Of a stretch of 64,000 nucleotides of DNA, positions 62,013 to 64,000 are shown piece after piece. Within the stretch, counting starts at the first letter, position 1, and every line of letters begins with the position of its first letter. The DNA lies in the NCBI GenBank assembly GCA_963714285.1, contig CAVQNS010000002.1:5480-69479 (forward strand), in the 5' to 3' direction. The notes beneath the pieces are model-generated. The model was not told the origin of the DNA and searched no databases. It worked only from the letters and a program-made list of their open reading frames with translations. This DNA is from an uncultured Solirubrobacteraceae bacterium. GTDB lineage: Bacteria > Actinomycetota > Thermoleophilia > Solirubrobacterales > Solirubrobacteraceae. Position numbers and translations under genes: made by a program.

Positions 62013-63782
62013 CTATTCGGTTTCCACGACGGTGGGTTGCGACCCGGAGCGGGTCTCCGCTTTCGGTGCCTGGGCTTCGCCGGTCTCGGCTTCGGCCGAG
62101 CCTTCATCAGCTTCCGTTTCGACCGGGACGGACCCGTGGACCGTGATCGTCTGGGTCCGGGTCGCGGCGAGCGCGCCGGTGCTGGCCGTGCCGGTGAAGA
62201 AATGGAACTGGGTGTCCGGATCGGTCGCGAGCGCCTGCGCCTCGAACACGGCGCCCTTGACCGAGCCTTCACTGCGGTGCAGCGCCAGCTGCGGGTAGAA
62301 CGCCAGGAACAGGATCACAAGCACCAGCGGCACGAGCACGGCGCCGTCGCGCAGCGTGATCTCACGCGACTCGACGCCCGGCCCGACGCGGTTGTGCATC
62401 GCGCGGATGAACAGCCGCAGCGCGTAAACGCTCGCCAGCACGACGCCGCTGAAGGCGATGATCGCGATCGCGAGCTTGGCTTTGAAGACGCCGAGCAGGA
62501 TCAAGAACTCACCGACGAAGTTCGACGAGCCGGGCATCGCGAGCGTCGCCAGCGACACGATCAGGAAGATGCTCGCTAGCACCGGCGCACGGAACGCGAT
62601 CCCACCCATCTCGCGAATGTCTTCCGAGCCGCCCGCACGCCGGCCGAGCAGCCCGGCGATGAACAGCGCCGGCGCCACCACCAGCCCGTGGTTGACCATC
62701 TGCAACAGCGCGCCCTGTGCGCCCTGCGGGTTCAGCGCGAAGATCCCGAGCAGGATGAAGCCGAGCTGCGCCACCGAGGAGTACCCGAGGATCAGGCGCG
62801 CGTTGGTCTGGCTGAACGCCTGCATCGAGCCGTACACGATCGACACCAGCGCGATCAGCAGCATCAGCGTCTGGAAGTGCACGGCCGCGCGCGGGAACAG
62901 CGGCAGCACGATCGCCAGAAAGCCATACGCGCCGACCTTCGAGAGCACGCCCGAGAACACCATCAGCACCTCGACCGGCATCGCTCGGTAGCCATCTGGC
63001 ATCCAGCCGTGCAGCGGAAACGCCGGCATCTTGACAAGGAACGCTGCGGCAAAGAACAGGAAGATCCACTCCTGCGAGCCGGTGCTCAGTGGCAGCGCCT
63101 GGAGCTGGGACAGCACGAACGTGATGTGGCCGCCGCCTTGCTGCGCGGCGAGCACGCCGGTCGCGACCGCTGCCGCGAGCATCAACAGCGAGCCGACGAG
63201 CGTGTAGATGACCAGCTTGATCGTCGCTTTGATGCGGTCCGGCCCCTGGCCCCAGCCTCCGATCAGGAAGTAGAAGGGCATCAGCATCAGGTCGAAGAAC
63301 CCGACGAACAGCGCGAGATCCTGCGCGAGGAACGCGCCGAGCACCGCCGACTCGGCGAGCATGAAGTTGAAGTAGAACAGCCGCGGGCGCTCGAGCGCGC
63401 GATCCGCGCTGCGCAGGTTCGCGGCGAGCGTCGCGGCGGCGAACAGCAGCGTCGTCAGGCCGATCAGGAACACGTTCAGCCCCGTGACCGCGAGCTTGTA
63501 GTGGATTCCGAGCGTCGCGATCCAGACGATATCGGTCACGTGCTGCAGGCCACCGCCAGCTTTGTAATCGGCGATGTAGCCGATCGCCAACGCAAGCGCC
63601 ACGAGCGAGCCGAGCAGCGCCATCAACCCCGGCGCGCTCCAGCCCGCGCGAGCAGAGTCGTCGCGCTCCTCGCCATCCGATCCCCCGCCCGCAGTGCGTC
63701 CGGAATTGGTCACAGCGCCGAGTAGCGCACCAATCAGGCCGCAGGCGAGGGGAACCCAGATCAGGATCGAGAGCGCCGGCAT
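62013..63782 (-). CDS. nuoM: NADH-quinone oxidoreductase subunit M
   Basis: Motifs KMPAFPLHGW, KVGAYG, MVNHG and NFVGE. Confidence 0.95.
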   Translation of the reverse strand: MPALSILIWVPLACGLIGALLGAVTNSGRTAGGGSDGEERDDSARAGWSAPGLMALLGSLVALALAIGYIADYKAGGGLQHVTDIVWIATLGIHYKLAVTGLNVFLIGLTTLLFAAATLAANLRSADRALERPRLFYFNFMLAESAVLGAFLAQDLALFVGFFDLMLMPFYFLIGGWGQGPDRIKATIKLVIYTLVGSLLMLAAAVATGVLAAQQGGGHITFVLSQLQALPLSTGSQEWIFLFFAAAFLVKMPAFPLHGWMPDGYRAMPVEVLMVFSGVLSKVGAYGFLAIVLPLFPRAAVHFQTLMLLIALVSIVYGSMQAFSQTNARLILGYSSVAQLGFILLGIFALNPQGAQGALLQMVNHGLVVAPALFIAGLLGRRAGGSEDIREMGGIAFRAPVLASIFLIVSLATLAMPGSSNFVGEFLILLGVFKAKLAIAIIAFSGVVLASVYALRLFIRAMHNRVGPGVESREITLRDGAVLVPLVLVILFLAFYPQLALHRSEGSVKGAVFEAQALATDPDTQFHFFTGTASTGALAATRTQTITVHGSVPVETEADEGSAEAETGEAQAPKAETRSGSQPTVVETE

Positions 63783-64000
63783 CAGGCCTGCAGCAGGAAG
63801 TAGAAGCCGACGCCCGCGACGCCCAGCACCAGCAGCGCCGCGTAATAGCGCACGAAGCCAGACTGCGCCGCGCGCACCGCCGCCGAGCCGGCGCGCACGA
63901 TGCCCGTGGTCCCGCCTACGAGCGTCTCGTCGACGAACACGCGCTCGAACGTGTCGCGTGCGAACGCGCCGGCCGCCGCCATCGGGCGCACGACCAGCAG
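63782..64000 (-). CDS. nuoL: NADH-quinone oxidoreductase subunit L, C-terminal part
   Basis: QSGFVRYYA C-terminal motif; lies directly upstream of nuoM. Confidence 0.85.
   Translation of the reverse strand: MLVVRPMAAAGAFARDTFERVFVDETLVGGTTGIVRAGSAAVRAAQSGFVRYYAALLVLGVAGVGFYFLLQA

Overview
High-GC bacterial DNA. Gene content, codon style and the many short-spacer -10/start arrangements suggest an actinobacterium, most likely Thermoleophilia/Solirubrobacterales (inference; there is no marker gene in the window). It is mostly housekeeping and metabolic genes: gloA, a PurD-like ligase, gadB, zwf, pyk, metF, gltA, a DEAD helicase, cyclophilin, Fpg/Nei, bcp, DegV, satP-acs, pepF, nuoLMN and several ABC transporters. 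No rRNA, tRNA, CRISPR array, integrase or transposase was recognised. Many genes between about 28.2 and 46.3 kb (and one at about 52.8 kb) carry frameshifts that look like long-read assembly indels rather than real pseudogenisation. The strongest candidate for an undescribed system is at about 34.8-41.35 kb: a PadR regulator, a catalytically degenerate ABC ATPase, a canonical ABC ATPase, a MacB/FtsX permease and a YtpB/DUF2600 terpene-cyclase-family enzyme, followed by a convergent stand-alone IclR-type HTH protein. This may be a terpenoid synthesis, export and sensing module. Other notable signals: an intact bcp nested in inverted orientation inside remnants of an older bcp; a vapBC islet bounded by a degenerate copy of the gloA 3' end; a PurD-like ligase with altered active-site motifs; a TAAGGG-N4-CCC palindrome shared by a two-component system and an ABC operon; and a 29-bp tandem repeat that forms a chain of ATGA-coupled mini-ORFs.
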